From assembly GCF_039912695.1 (NCBI RefSeq), contig NZ_JBDSPJ010000022.1, positions 246,522 to 310,521 on the forward strand: a stretch of 64,000 nucleotides of DNA. The letters are read 5' to 3'. Made by a program: the position numbers and the translations under genes. The notes beneath the pieces are model-generated. The model made no database searches. It was not told the origin of the DNA and saw only the letters and a list, made by a program, of their open reading frames with translations. Shown piece after piece: positions 26,761-35,537 of this stretch; position 1 is the stretch's first letter; each line of letters starts with the position of its first letter. This stretch comes from Pseudolysinimonas sp. Lineage in GTDB: Bacteria; Actinomycetota; Actinomycetes; Actinomycetales; Microbacteriaceae.

Positions 26761-28196
26761 CGGTCGGCCCACGGCCCGTGAGTCCAGATACCGGCGACCA
26801 TCGTCGCGTGCACCGGCATGTCGCGCAGGTTCGTCGCCTCGAACGGGTCGCTCTCGACGATGACGAGATCGCCGAGCTGGTCGTGACTCGATGCGGCGAG
26901 CGCCGCGGCAAAGGTCAAAGCCTGTTCGGGATGCCACGGCTCACGCCCGTCGCGGGACCTGGTGACGGCGGCGGCCATCGTGATCCACGGGTCGAGCGGA
27001 GCCACCGGGGCGTCCGAACCGAGTGCAAGTTCGGCGCCAGCCGCAAGCAGGGATCGGTAGGCGAACGATCGACCGGTGCGTCCGGCCCAATACCGTTCGG
27101 CGACATCCCGATCGTCCATCGCATGCTCAGGCTGGACCGACGCCCGCACCCCGAGCGCGGCGAACCGCGGGAGGTCGGCATCCTCGATCAGTTGCACGTG
27201 TTCGATGCTGCCACCAACCACTGCAGCAGAGCCGCCCAACGCCTCGAAGACGTCGAGCGCTTCGGTCACCGCACGGTCGCCAATGGCATGGATGGCGGGG
27301 CTGAGCCCGCGGGCGACGCCAGCTCGGGCGGCGGCGAGCAGCTCACCGGGGCCGTAGGTCGGAAGGCCGTGGCCGTCCGTTCCCGGATAGGCGTGATCGC
27401 ACCACGCCGTGCGGGTGTTCAGCGACCCGTCCGTGAACAACTTGTACGGTCCGATCTCGAACAACGCAGACGCCACCGCGGGCAATTCGGGCGTGTGCGG
27501 ATACACGGCCGCCTTCACCCGGAGCCCTGAGAACCCTGCCCCGAACCGCCGAGCCCACGACCCCGGCGCATCCTCCATCTCAAAGTCAACGATCCCCGTC
27601 ACCCCACGTGCCGCCGCCGCCGCGGCCGCCTCGATGGCCCAGCGATCGAGCACTTCGGCGGGCACCGCGCTCAGCTCGCGATTGAGGTCGAACGCCGGTT
27701 GCTCACGCAGCCACCAGTCCGACTCGGGCCGCCCCAGCATCCGCAGCATCGCCCGATTAGTCCACAGAGAGTGCACGTCGCCCGACACCAGTGCGACCGG
27801 CACGTCACCGAACTCGAGCAGATCGATCGACGGCGCATCCGCCCACAACCCATCCCGAAACCCGGCGCCCAGCAGCACAGTCCCCGCCTCCGGCGGCGAG
27901 CTGGCGAGCCGCTCCCGCACGAGCGAAGCGACGTGTGCCGCAGACGACGCCGACGACAGATCCAGCCGTCGCGACGCCATCGCCCACTGCCCAAAGTGCA
28001 CATGATGGTCCCACAGCCCCGGCAGGACCCACCGCCCCTCAAGATCGACCTCCACATCCGAAGGACCGGGAACGGTGATATCCGAGAGAGGGATGCTGGA
28101 CGACATCCGCGAGTCAATCGGGGTAGGGGTCCCCGCTCTTGACTCGCGGATGTCGTCCAGTAGCCCGCGCAAGTCGCGACCATTACGAAGGATCAT
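26757..28196 (-). CDS. Amidohydrolase-family metallohydrolase (Amidohydro_3-like) carrying an in-frame palindromic insert
   Basis: 479 aa. Family-typical N-terminus MILRNGR and H-x-H metal motif PGLWDHHVHF. ATGA overlap with the paiB-like stop. Codons 13-34 are encoded by the palindrome at 28096-28160. Confidence 0.75.
   Translation of the reverse strand: MILRNGRDLRGLLDDIRESRAGTPTPIDSRMSSSIPLSDITVPGPSDVEVDLEGRWVLPGLWDHHVHFGQWAMASRRLDLSSASSAAHVASLVRERLASSPPEAGTVLLGAGFRDGLWADAPSIDLLEFGDVPVALVSGDVHSLWTNRAMLRMLGRPESDWWLREQPAFDLNRELSAVPAEVLDRWAIEAAAAAAARGVTGIVDFEMEDAPGSWARRFGAGFSGLRVKAAVYPHTPELPAVASALFEIGPYKLFTDGSLNTRTAWCDHAYPGTDGHGLPTYGPGELLAAARAGVARGLSPAIHAIGDRAVTEALDVFEALGGSAAVVGGSIEHVQLIEDADLPRFAALGVRASVQPEHAMDDRDVAERYWAGRTGRSFAYRSLLAAGAELALGSDAPVAPLDPWITMAAAVTRSRDGREPWHPEQALTFAAALAASSHDQLGDLVIVESDPFEATNLRDMPVHATMVAGIWTHGPWADR
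28096..28160. repeat. Palindromic element family 1, copy 1 (22-bp perfect arms, 21-nt loop) inside a CDS
   Basis: CTGGACGACATCCGCGAGTCAA-TCGGGGTAGGGGTCCCCGCTC-TTGACTCGCGGATGTCGTCCAG. The core and loop match 37681-37728 in inverted orientation. Confidence 0.8.
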
Positions 28197-28831
28197 GCGG
28201 GGTGAACCCGACGCATTTCGGCAGCGAGTTCCGCGGACGAGTAGGGGCCGGTGCCCTCTAGTGCGGTCATGATCGCTTCGCGGACTTCGGGGTCCTTGTT
28301 CTGCGAAAGTTTGGCGCGCGCGTCGAAGCGGGTGACGCGGATGCGCAACCCGACGGTGCCGCGGGCGATGCGTTCGGCTTTTGCGAGGTCGATGTCGAGC
28401 GAGACCGGAGTCGGCATCCGGGTCTCGAAGTGGTCGACGAGACGCTGCAGGATCGCGAAGTTCTCGTCGTCGCTGAGGATCTCGGGGGTGCCGTAGAGGT
28501 GGGCGGTGACGTGGTTCCAGGTGGGTACGAAGTCGCCTTCGGCGTACCAGTTGGGGGTGATGTAGCCGTGCGGTCCTTGCACGATGACGAGCACCTCGTG
28601 CGACCCGAGTTCGTGCGCCTGCTCGTCGGGGCGTCCGAAGTGGCTGACGATCACGATCTCATCGTCGCGCCCTGAGCCTGTCGAAGGGTCGGTCTCTTCG
28701 AGCAGGGTCGCGTAGTGCGAGGAGACCAATCCGTGGGAGGTCGGCGAGACGTAGGTCATCCACGGGTTATCGCGGATGAGTCGTTTCACCTCGGCCGGTT
28801 CGGTCACCAGGTACTGGGGGGTGTGGCGCAT
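28193..28831 (-). CDS. PaiB-family FMN-binding protein (putative regulator)
   Basis: ORF 28193..28951 trimmed to ATG 28831 (MRHTPQYLVTEPAEVKRLIRDNPWMTYVS…). Blocks HGYITPNWY and AKLSQNK are typical of PaiB-like proteins (from memory). Confidence 0.75.
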   Translation of the reverse strand: MRHTPQYLVTEPAEVKRLIRDNPWMTYVSPTSHGLVSSHYATLLEETDPSTGSGRDDEIVIVSHFGRPDEQAHELGSHEVLVIVQGPHGYITPNWYAEGDFVPTWNHVTAHLYGTPEILSDDENFAILQRLVDHFETRMPTPVSLDIDLAKAERIARGTVGLRIRVTRFDARAKLSQNKDPEVREAIMTALEGTGPYSSAELAAEMRRVHPA

Positions 28832-28832
28832 C

Positions 28833-29777
28833 TCAGACCTGATCTTTCGGGCACCAGTAGAGGTTGCGGGTGGCCATCTCGGCCATCGCAATGGGGGTTC
28901 CGCACACCCGGCAGGGCTCGCCGGTGCGGTGGTAAACCCAGTGCCGATCATCGCGGGATGCTTTCGCCCTCAGAAGTTCGTCGCCGTCGAGTCCGTCCAT
29001 CGTGAGCATCTGACCGGTCTCAACACCCACGGTCAGCAGGTGGGTCCAGTCCCGCCACAGCTCGCGGAGGAGTTCTTCGGGTACGTCTTTACCCAACCTG
29101 TACGGGTCGAGTCGGGCGCGGAACAGCAGTTCGGCCCGGTACACGTTGCCGATCCCGGCGACGACTTCTTGATCCATCAGCAGTTGCCCGATCGGCACGG
29201 CACGTTTGCGCACGTTGACCACGAAGTCCTCTTCGCCGCTCGGCCCATCGACCAGCGGGTCGGGTCCGAGTCTGGCGATAACGGCATCCACTTCTTCCAC
29301 GGTCTGCACGTCGCACGCCGTCGGACCCCGGAGGTCGGCCACCGCGACAGGGGTCAGCAACCGCACCCGCACCTGTCCGATCGGTTCGGGCGGCCAGACG
29401 TCGAGCGCGGGTTGCAGCTTTTCCGACTCGGCCATCCTGAGCCGAGTTCTGCGGGGGGCACCGATCGACCAGGGTGAGTCTTCGTTGGCGCCGACGACCC
29501 GCCCCCCACGCTCGGCTGGCGAGATCGGCCCCACCGCAATGTCTCCCGCGAAATCCCAGGCGCCATACATGCCCAGGTGTACCCGCAGCCAGAGGTGGTG
29601 GTCGAACTCGAGGAACATCTGCTTGCCCACGGCCCGCGACTGGATGATCGCGTGCCCGTCGAGTTGGGCGGCCCCGGCCGTAAACCGACCCTGCGGTGAG
29701 CTGACCTCGACGGGGGGACCCTGAAACGAGCGCTCGAACTGTCGCGCGATCCGATGGACGGAATGGCCTTCAGGCAT
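28833..29777 (-). CDS. nei: Fpg/Nei-family DNA glycosylase (endonuclease VIII-like)
   Basis: 314 aa with the N-terminal catalytic MPEGHSV. The C-terminal zinc-finger-like segment is CRVCG-x15-WCPKDQ, with Asp where the fourth Cys is expected. Confidence 0.8.
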   Translation of the reverse strand: MPEGHSVHRIARQFERSFQGPPVEVSSPQGRFTAGAAQLDGHAIIQSRAVGKQMFLEFDHHLWLRVHLGMYGAWDFAGDIAVGPISPAERGGRVVGANEDSPWSIGAPRRTRLRMAESEKLQPALDVWPPEPIGQVRVRLLTPVAVADLRGPTACDVQTVEEVDAVIARLGPDPLVDGPSGEEDFVVNVRKRAVPIGQLLMDQEVVAGIGNVYRAELLFRARLDPYRLGKDVPEELLRELWRDWTHLLTVGVETGQMLTMDGLDGDELLRAKASRDDRHWVYHRTGEPCRVCGTPIAMAEMATRNLYWCPKDQV

Positions 29778-30285
29778 ACCGAACCTCGGCTTGGGCCGCG
29801 GGGTCGATTGGATGACCGACGATTGCGCCGGTGGTTTCGTACTCCGCGATTTGTGCGATTCGACGCGAGTGTCGTTCTTCCCCTGAGAACGGAGTCGTCA
29901 GGAACGCGTCGATGAATTTCACGACCTCGGCGAACGAATGCTGCCGGGCGCCGATCGCAATGACGTTGGCATCGTTGTGCTCGCGGGCAAGTTCGGCCGT
30001 CGCCATGTTCCAGACCAGCGCGGCACGGATGCCGTGCACCTTGTTGGCTGCGATCTGTTCGCCGTTGCCCGATCCACCGAACACGATGCCGAGCGCCTCA
30101 ACGCCGGCCGCCTGGTCGCGGATAACTCCGAGCGCGGCATTGATGCAGAAACTCGGGTAGTCATCGAGTGCGTCGTAGTCGTCGGGGCCATGGTCGATGA
30201 CCTCATGGCCGGCATCCGCGAGATGGTGCTGAAGATCCGTGCTGAACTCAAGGCCGGCGTGATCAGTACCCAGATGGATGCGCAT
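29770..30285 (-). CDS. rpiB: Ribose-5-phosphate isomerase B
   Basis: 171 aa. MRIHLGTDHAGLEF…GIVFGGSGNGEQIAANKV is typical of RpiB/LacAB. Confidence 0.85.
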   Translation of the reverse strand: MRIHLGTDHAGLEFSTDLQHHLADAGHEVIDHGPDDYDALDDYPSFCINAALGVIRDQAAGVEALGIVFGGSGNGEQIAANKVHGIRAALVWNMATAELAREHNDANVIAIGARQHSFAEVVKFIDAFLTTPFSGEERHSRRIAQIAEYETTGAIVGHPIDPAAQAEVRYA

Positions 30286-30352
30286 GGTCCCGTCAGCTTA
30301 AGACCCCCGCCCAGCGTCCGCGGGGTCGACGAGTCACAATGGGTGCAGTCGG

Positions 30353-31030
30353 ATGGGAGCTCAGATGGACCTCGACCTGATACCGGATGGCATGCCCGCC
30401 CTGTCGCGCGGACGCCACCGTTCCGCGAAGTCGGGCGCCTGCTTTATGGAATTCGCCTCCTACCTCGCCGGTGAGCCGTGGAGCGACTCCCCGCAGTGCA
30501 CCGACCCGCTGCTGTCGCATCTCGCGCGTGCCGTCAACGATCAGCTCGGCGACACCCGCCGTGACGAGATCGCCGCCGACATCCCGCGGGTGATCGGCCT
30601 GCGGGGTGACCACCGCATCCTGGGTCCGGTCATCGCGCTGCGCGCCGCCGCCACCGCACTCCCGGTCGCCAACCTGAGCCGGCAGCACGCACTCGCCGTC
30701 GCCCTGCTGTCCCTCCCCGCACTTTTGCCGTCGGGCGTTGCACCGGCAATCCGTTCCGCGGTTCGAGACGCACTCGATGCTGCGCCAGAGGCCGACCTCT
30801 GGGCGCGTGAGCACCTCACCCGGCATCCGGTTAAGGAGCGCGACCTTCGTCGCACCGGATGTGCCGCCGCCATCCAACTGGCCATCGAAGGCATTGCCGA
30901 CGCCTGCATCGGCGACGCCGACGGGATGCTGGTGCAGGCGCTGCGCGACGCCATCACGGATGTCGAAGAGATCATCAGTACTCCCGACGAACCGGTGGCG
31001 ACGAGGGCGCGGGTTTCGCTGTTCGCCTGA
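30353..31030 (+). CDS. Hypothetical protein
   Basis: 225-aa ORF with normal composition and G/C third-position bias. I recognise no family. Confidence 0.5.
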   Translation: MGAQMDLDLIPDGMPALSRGRHRSAKSGACFMEFASYLAGEPWSDSPQCTDPLLSHLARAVNDQLGDTRRDEIAADIPRVIGLRGDHRILGPVIALRAAATALPVANLSRQHALAVALLSLPALLPSGVAPAIRSAVRDALDAAPEADLWAREHLTRHPVKERDLRRTGCAAAIQLAIEGIADACIGDADGMLVQALRDAITDVEEIISTPDEPVATRARVSLFA

Positions 31031-31094
31031 TCGTTCTTCGCGGATCGTTCTTCGCACGGAGCCGACCAGAACCGGCCCGGGCTATCGTGGTCGG

Positions 31095-33719
31095 ATGCCC
31101 GGAGAGAACCTGACTCGTGTCGAAGCCCAAGAGCGCAAGGCGCTCATTGCCGTGGAGTCGTACGACGTCCACCTCGATCTGACCACCGGGCCGGAGGTGT
31201 TCCGGTCGACGACGACGGTGATGTTCACCTCGAGTGGCGCCCCGACGTTTATCGACGCTGTGACCGCCAAGGTGCACTCGGTCACCCTGAATGGCCTCGA
31301 GCTCGACCCGGCCGACGTCGCCGACGGTGCCCGCATCCGGCTGGACGAGCTGCACGAGCACAACGAACTCGTCGTCGAGGCCGACTTCGCGTACACGAAC
31401 ACCGGCGAGGGGCTGCACCGCTTCGTCGACCCAGTCGACGGGGAGGTGTACCTCTACTCGCAGTTCGAGGTTCCCGACAGCCGGCGGGTCTACTCCGTCT
31501 TCGAACAGCCCGACCTGAAGGCCACCTTCACCTTCACCGTGACGGCTCCGGGCAGCTGGGTGGTCGTGTCGAACTCGCCGACCCCCAACCCGACCCTTCG
31601 ACAGGCTCAGGGAGCGGGGGCGGCTCAGGGAGCGGGGGCGGCTCAGGGAGCGGAAGAAGTGGGCGCCAAGACCTGGGCGTTCCCGACCACTCCGCGCATC
31701 TCGTCGTACATCACCGCGATCGTCGCCGGACCCTACGACTCCGTACACTCCGAACTCACCTCGTCGAGCGGCAAGAAGATCCCGCTCGGGGTCTACGCCC
31801 GCAAGTCGCTGATGGGCTTCATGGATGCCGACTACGTCTTCGACATCACCCGAAAGGGCTTCGCCTACTACGAGGAGAAGTTCGGCTACCCGTACCCGTT
31901 CGCGAAGTACGACCAGTTGTTCGTGCCCGAGTTCAATGCGGGAGCGATGGAGAACGCGGGTGCGGTCACCTTCACCGAGACCTACGTTTTCCGCTCCAAG
32001 GTCACTGACGCGATCAAGGAGCGCCGGGTCGTCACGATCCTGCACGAGTTGGCTCACATGTGGTTCGGCGACCTGGTCACCATGAAGTGGTGGAACGACC
32101 TCTGGCTCAACGAGTCGTTCGCCGAGTGGGCGTCGACGATCGCGACCGCTGAAGCCACCGAGTGGACCGAAGCCTGGGCGACCTTCCAGTCGATGGAGAA
32201 GAGCTGGGCGTACAAGCAAGACCAGCTGCCGAGCACGCATCCCATCGTCGCGACCATCAACGATCTCGAGGATGTTCAGGTCAACTTCGACGGCATCACC
32301 TACGCCAAAGGCGGGTCGGTGCTCAAGCAGCTCGCCGCCTGGGTCGGCATCGAGAACTTCTTTGCCGGCGTCGGGGCGTACTTCACCAAGCACGCGTGGG
32401 GCAACACCGAACTCTCTGACCTGCTGCACGAGCTCGAGATCACCTCCGGCCGAGACCTGTCAACGTGGAGCAAACTCTGGCTCGAAACCGCGGGCGTCAA
32501 CACCCTCAAGCCGCAGGTGTCGGTCGACGAGCACGGAGTCATCACGGCGTTCTCGATCGCGCAGACCGCGATCGCCGAGCAGCCCACGATCCGGCCGCAC
32601 CGCCTGGCGATTGGGTTCTACGACGTCGTGGATGGTTCGCCGAATGAGGGAGTCGAGGGCGACCTCTCCCCCAAGGTCGTGCGCACGCACCGCATCGAAC
32701 TCGACCTCGACGCTGACGCCTCGACCGACGTGCCCGAACTCGTCGGCCTGAAGCGCCCCGCGCTCATTCTGTTGAACGACGACGACCTCGCCTACGCGAA
32801 GATCCGCATGGATGAGCTGTCGTGGGAGTTCGCAATCGACAAGCTCGCCGACATCGAAGACCCGCTCGCGCGGGCGCTGGTGTGGGGTGCCGCCTGGGAC
32901 GCGACTCGGGATGCCGAGACAGCTCCCAGCGCCTACGTCGATCTGGTACTCGGCAACATTGCGACGGAAACCGAGTCGACGACCATTCGCCTGACGCTCA
33001 GCCAGTTGCTCACGGTCGCGCGCTTCTACGTCGCGCCGGAGAAGCGGGATGCCACCATCGAGCGAATCGGCGACGCGCTCTGGTCACTCGCCGAGACGGC
33101 CCAGGCAGGAAGCGACGCGCAGTTCCAGTTCGTGAAGTTCTTCGCCAACATCCCGTCGAGCTCGGCTCATGCGGCGACGTTGAAGGGACTTCTCGACGGC
33201 TCGGTCAAGCTGCCTGAACTCGAGATCGACGCCGACCTCACCTGGGAGGTGCTCGAAGGTCTCGTGCTGCTGGGCGAAGCGGGCGAAGCCGAGATCGCCG
33301 CGCAACTGGCGAAGGACAACACCGCGAACGGTCAGCAGGCCGCCGCCCGTGCCCGGGCGACCGGCGACAAGAAGGGCGCCCTCGACGCGGCACTCACCGA
33401 CGCGACCATTCCCAACGTCGTGCTGAGGTCGTCGGGGATGGGCTACCAGCACGTCAACGACCCGTCAGCGCTCGAGTCGCTTATCGCGCCCTACTTCGAC
33501 GCGCTCGATCGCATCTGGAAAGAGCGTTCGTACAAGATCGCCGAGTACGTCATCCTCGGCTTCTACCCGGCGCCTCTCGTGTCGCAGGAACTGGTGGACG
33601 CCACCAACGCCTGGCTCGACGCGCACCGCGACATCCCGGCGCTTCGTCGGCTCGTGGTCGAGAACCTCGCGGGCGTCGAGCGCGCCCTCACCGCTCAACA
33701 GCGCGACAGGTCAAACTGA
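31095..33719 (+). CDS. pepN: Aminopeptidase N (M1 family)
   Basis: ORF 30738..33719 trimmed to ATG 31095 (MPGENLTRVEAQERK). GAMEN motif and HELAHMWFGDLVTMKWWNDLWLNESFA (HExxH-x18-E). Confidence 0.9.
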   Translation: MPGENLTRVEAQERKALIAVESYDVHLDLTTGPEVFRSTTTVMFTSSGAPTFIDAVTAKVHSVTLNGLELDPADVADGARIRLDELHEHNELVVEADFAYTNTGEGLHRFVDPVDGEVYLYSQFEVPDSRRVYSVFEQPDLKATFTFTVTAPGSWVVVSNSPTPNPTLRQAQGAGAAQGAGAAQGAEEVGAKTWAFPTTPRISSYITAIVAGPYDSVHSELTSSSGKKIPLGVYARKSLMGFMDADYVFDITRKGFAYYEEKFGYPYPFAKYDQLFVPEFNAGAMENAGAVTFTETYVFRSKVTDAIKERRVVTILHELAHMWFGDLVTMKWWNDLWLNESFAEWASTIATAEATEWTEAWATFQSMEKSWAYKQDQLPSTHPIVATINDLEDVQVNFDGITYAKGGSVLKQLAAWVGIENFFAGVGAYFTKHAWGNTELSDLLHELEITSGRDLSTWSKLWLETAGVNTLKPQVSVDEHGVITAFSIAQTAIAEQPTIRPHRLAIGFYDVVDGSPNEGVEGDLSPKVVRTHRIELDLDADASTDVPELVGLKRPALILLNDDDLAYAKIRMDELSWEFAIDKLADIEDPLARALVWGAAWDATRDAETAPSAYVDLVLGNIATETESTTIRLTLSQLLTVARFYVAPEKRDATIERIGDALWSLAETAQAGSDAQFQFVKFFANIPSSSAHAATLKGLLDGSVKLPELEIDADLTWEVLEGLVLLGEAGEAEIAAQLAKDNTANGQQAAARARATGDKKGALDAALTDATIPNVVLRSSGMGYQHVNDPSALESLIAPYFDALDRIWKERSYKIAEYVILGFYPAPLVSQELVDATNAWLDAHRDIPALRRLVVENLAGVERALTAQQRDRSN
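31604..31653 (+). repeat. In-frame 18-nt tandem repeat (2.8 units) inside pepN
   Basis: GGCTCAGGGAGCGGGGGC occurs twice, followed by a 14-nt partial unit. It encodes AQGAGAAQGAGAAQGA. Confidence 0.85.
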
Positions 33720-33735
33720 GCTGTCGCACGAACGA

Positions 33736-33768
33736 CGAAGGCCGGGTGCGTGATGCACCCGGCCTTCG
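33736..33768. terminator. Bidirectional hairpin terminator between convergent genes
   Basis: Perfect 14-bp stem CGAAGGCCGGGTGC / GCACCCGGCCTTCG with a 5-nt loop. It lies between the pepN stop (33719) and the lipoprotein stop (33787). Confidence 0.7.
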
Positions 33769-33786
33769 TGATTGAGGTATTCAGAG

Positions 33787-34473
33787 TCACGGGATGAACA
33801 GCAACGGCTTACCGCTGAACGCGTCGTACGGGTTGTCGTCCTCGTATCCACCCGTGTAGGCCATTCCGCCGGGAGCGGCCGAGCCCTTCTTCACGGCGCC
33901 GATGTAGCACTGCGCGATCTCGGCGCCGCCGGTGTCGTAGTCCTCGGAGAAGCTCTGCGTGTCGCACCCATCCCAGCCGATGAGCGAGATGCTCTGGATG
34001 CGCTCGCCCTGAGCATCCACGACGTCGAAGAATGACCAGTCGTCGTTGTACTTCACGGTGGCGCCCGAGACCTTCTTCTCGGTCATCCGCAGAAGGTAGA
34101 TGTCGTAGGGGTCAAGCTTGTCGCCGAAGTTCGTGGTGAGCACAGCGAGCTCGTCCGCTGTAGCCGGCTCAATGCTGTCGAGCTTGGCCTTGAGCAGAGC
34201 GTCCTCTTTGTCGGTGGTGACATAGCTGTACGTCAGGTAGGTGTCGAAGCCCACCTTGGTTCCGGGGGGAGCGGCTTCGCCGTCGACGAGGACGGGCGTG
34301 TTACCGGCATCGGCGGTCGGGCTCGCGCTCGTGGCCGTGCCCGGGTCGGTAGCGGTGCCGGGGGAGATCGCCGGCGTAGCACAGCCCGCCAGCAGCAGGG
34401 CACCCAGCAGTGGGGCGGCAAAGAAAGTCTTCACAGGCAGTTTCAAGATGGTCCTCTCGTGGTGTTCTTTCAC
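33787..34473 (-). CDS. Hypothetical lipoprotein
   Basis: 228 aa with a signal peptide and lipobox (LLGALLLAGC). Confidence 0.6.
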   Translation of the reverse strand: MKEHHERTILKLPVKTFFAAPLLGALLLAGCATPAISPGTATDPGTATSASPTADAGNTPVLVDGEAAPPGTKVGFDTYLTYSYVTTDKEDALLKAKLDSIEPATADELAVLTTNFGDKLDPYDIYLLRMTEKKVSGATVKYNDDWSFFDVVDAQGERIQSISLIGWDGCDTQSFSEDYDTGGAEIAQCYIGAVKKGSAAPGGMAYTGGYEDDNPYDAFSGKPLLFIP

Positions 34474-34544
34474 AGTACGGGGCCGCAGGTTGAGGATTTA
34501 CCAACACTCGCACGCTCTCAGGCGAGCACTGGGAGGATGGTCGG

Positions 34545-35537
34545 GTGAGCGAATTCTGGGCACGAGTTGCGGCGTTTTTCGAGGGCCCCTGGGGCATCCC
34601 GCTGCGCGTGGTGCTCATCGTCGTCGTCGCTGCGCTGATCCGCCTGCTGCTGCAAGTGGTCATCCGCCGCATCGTCAACCGGGTGATCGTCGGGGTCAAG
34701 AAGAAGCAAAACGTCGAGGACACCGCCGCCCTGCAGTCCTCTCCGGTCGCCGCGCTGCGGATCGTTCAGCGCACCCGCGCGCTCGGCGGTCTGCTGTCGA
34801 GCACGGTGACAACCCTCGTCGTGGTGGTGGCCCTGGTGCTGATCGTCTCGGCGATCGACCCGAACGCGACGGGAGCGTTCTCGCTGATTACCGCGGCCCT
34901 CGGCGCCGGCCTGGGCTTTGGTGCGCAAAACGTCGTGCGCGACGTGCTCAACGGTCTCTTCATCGTCTCGGAAGACCAGTTGGGCGTCGGGGATGTCGTT
35001 GACCTCGGGCAGGCGACCGGCGTCGTCGAGGCGGTCGGCATCCGCATCACGACCGTTCGAGACGTCAAAGGCACCGTCTGGTACGTGCGCAACGGTGAGA
35101 TCCTGCGTATCGGCAACATGTCGCAAGGGTGGGCGCGCGTCATCCTCGACCTTCCGATTCCGTACGACGCCGACCTCGATGCGGTGAAGGAACGGATGCT
35201 GGAGACCGCAAACGACATGCGCAACGACCCGAAGTGGCGCCGCCTGATGACCGAAAGGCCCGAGATCTGGGGCATCGAGTCGGTCTCGGCCGAAGCCGTC
35301 ATCCTGCGTTTGGTGGCCAAAACGCGCACCGGAGGCAAAGACGAGGTCGCTCGAGAGCTGCGCAGCCGAATGAAAGCAACCCTCGACGGAATGGGTCTTC
35401 GCGTCGCGTCGCTGACCTCGGTCACCGATCGATCCCAGCCACCTTCGACCGGGCAGGCACGCTCGACCGGGCAGTCACGCGCGACCGGGCAGAAGGACTC
35501 CCCCGTCATCCCCGGCGTCGTGAAAGGTAAACCGTGA
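34545..35537 (+). CDS. Mechanosensitive ion channel (MscS family)
   Basis: 330 aa with N-terminal TM helices and the MscS core (FGAQNVVRDVLNGLFIVSEDQLGVGDVV…VRNGEILRIGNMSQGW). Confidence 0.85.
   Translation: MSEFWARVAAFFEGPWGIPLRVVLIVVVAALIRLLLQVVIRRIVNRVIVGVKKKQNVEDTAALQSSPVAALRIVQRTRALGGLLSSTVTTLVVVVALVLIVSAIDPNATGAFSLITAALGAGLGFGAQNVVRDVLNGLFIVSEDQLGVGDVVDLGQATGVVEAVGIRITTVRDVKGTVWYVRNGEILRIGNMSQGWARVILDLPIPYDADLDAVKERMLETANDMRNDPKWRRLMTERPEIWGIESVSAEAVILRLVAKTRTGGKDEVARELRSRMKATLDGMGLRVASLTSVTDRSQPPSTGQARSTGQSRATGQKDSPVIPGVVKGKP
35446..35492 (+). repeat. Imperfect in-frame 18-nt tandem repeat in the mscS-like C-terminus
   Basis: CGACCGGGCAGGCACGCT, CGACCGGGCAGTCACGCG, CGACCGGGCAG. It encodes STGQARSTGQSRATGQ. 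Confidence 0.7.

Noticed and set aside
28104-28106. ATG 28106 as the true amidohydrolase start, which would make the palindromic element intergenic.
   Set aside because: Not excluded. However, the 28196 start forms an ATGA overlap with the upstream stop and yields the family-typical MILRNGR N-terminus. ATG 28106 has no Shine-Dalgarno and lies inside the hairpin arm. The question is kept open in the finding.
31604-31653. Tandem repeats at 31604-31653 and 35446-35492 as CRISPR arrays or minisatellite non-coding repeats.
   Set aside because: The units are 18 nt, directly adjacent with no spacers, in frame inside well-supported CDS, and have at most 2.8 copies. No cas genes are present in the window.
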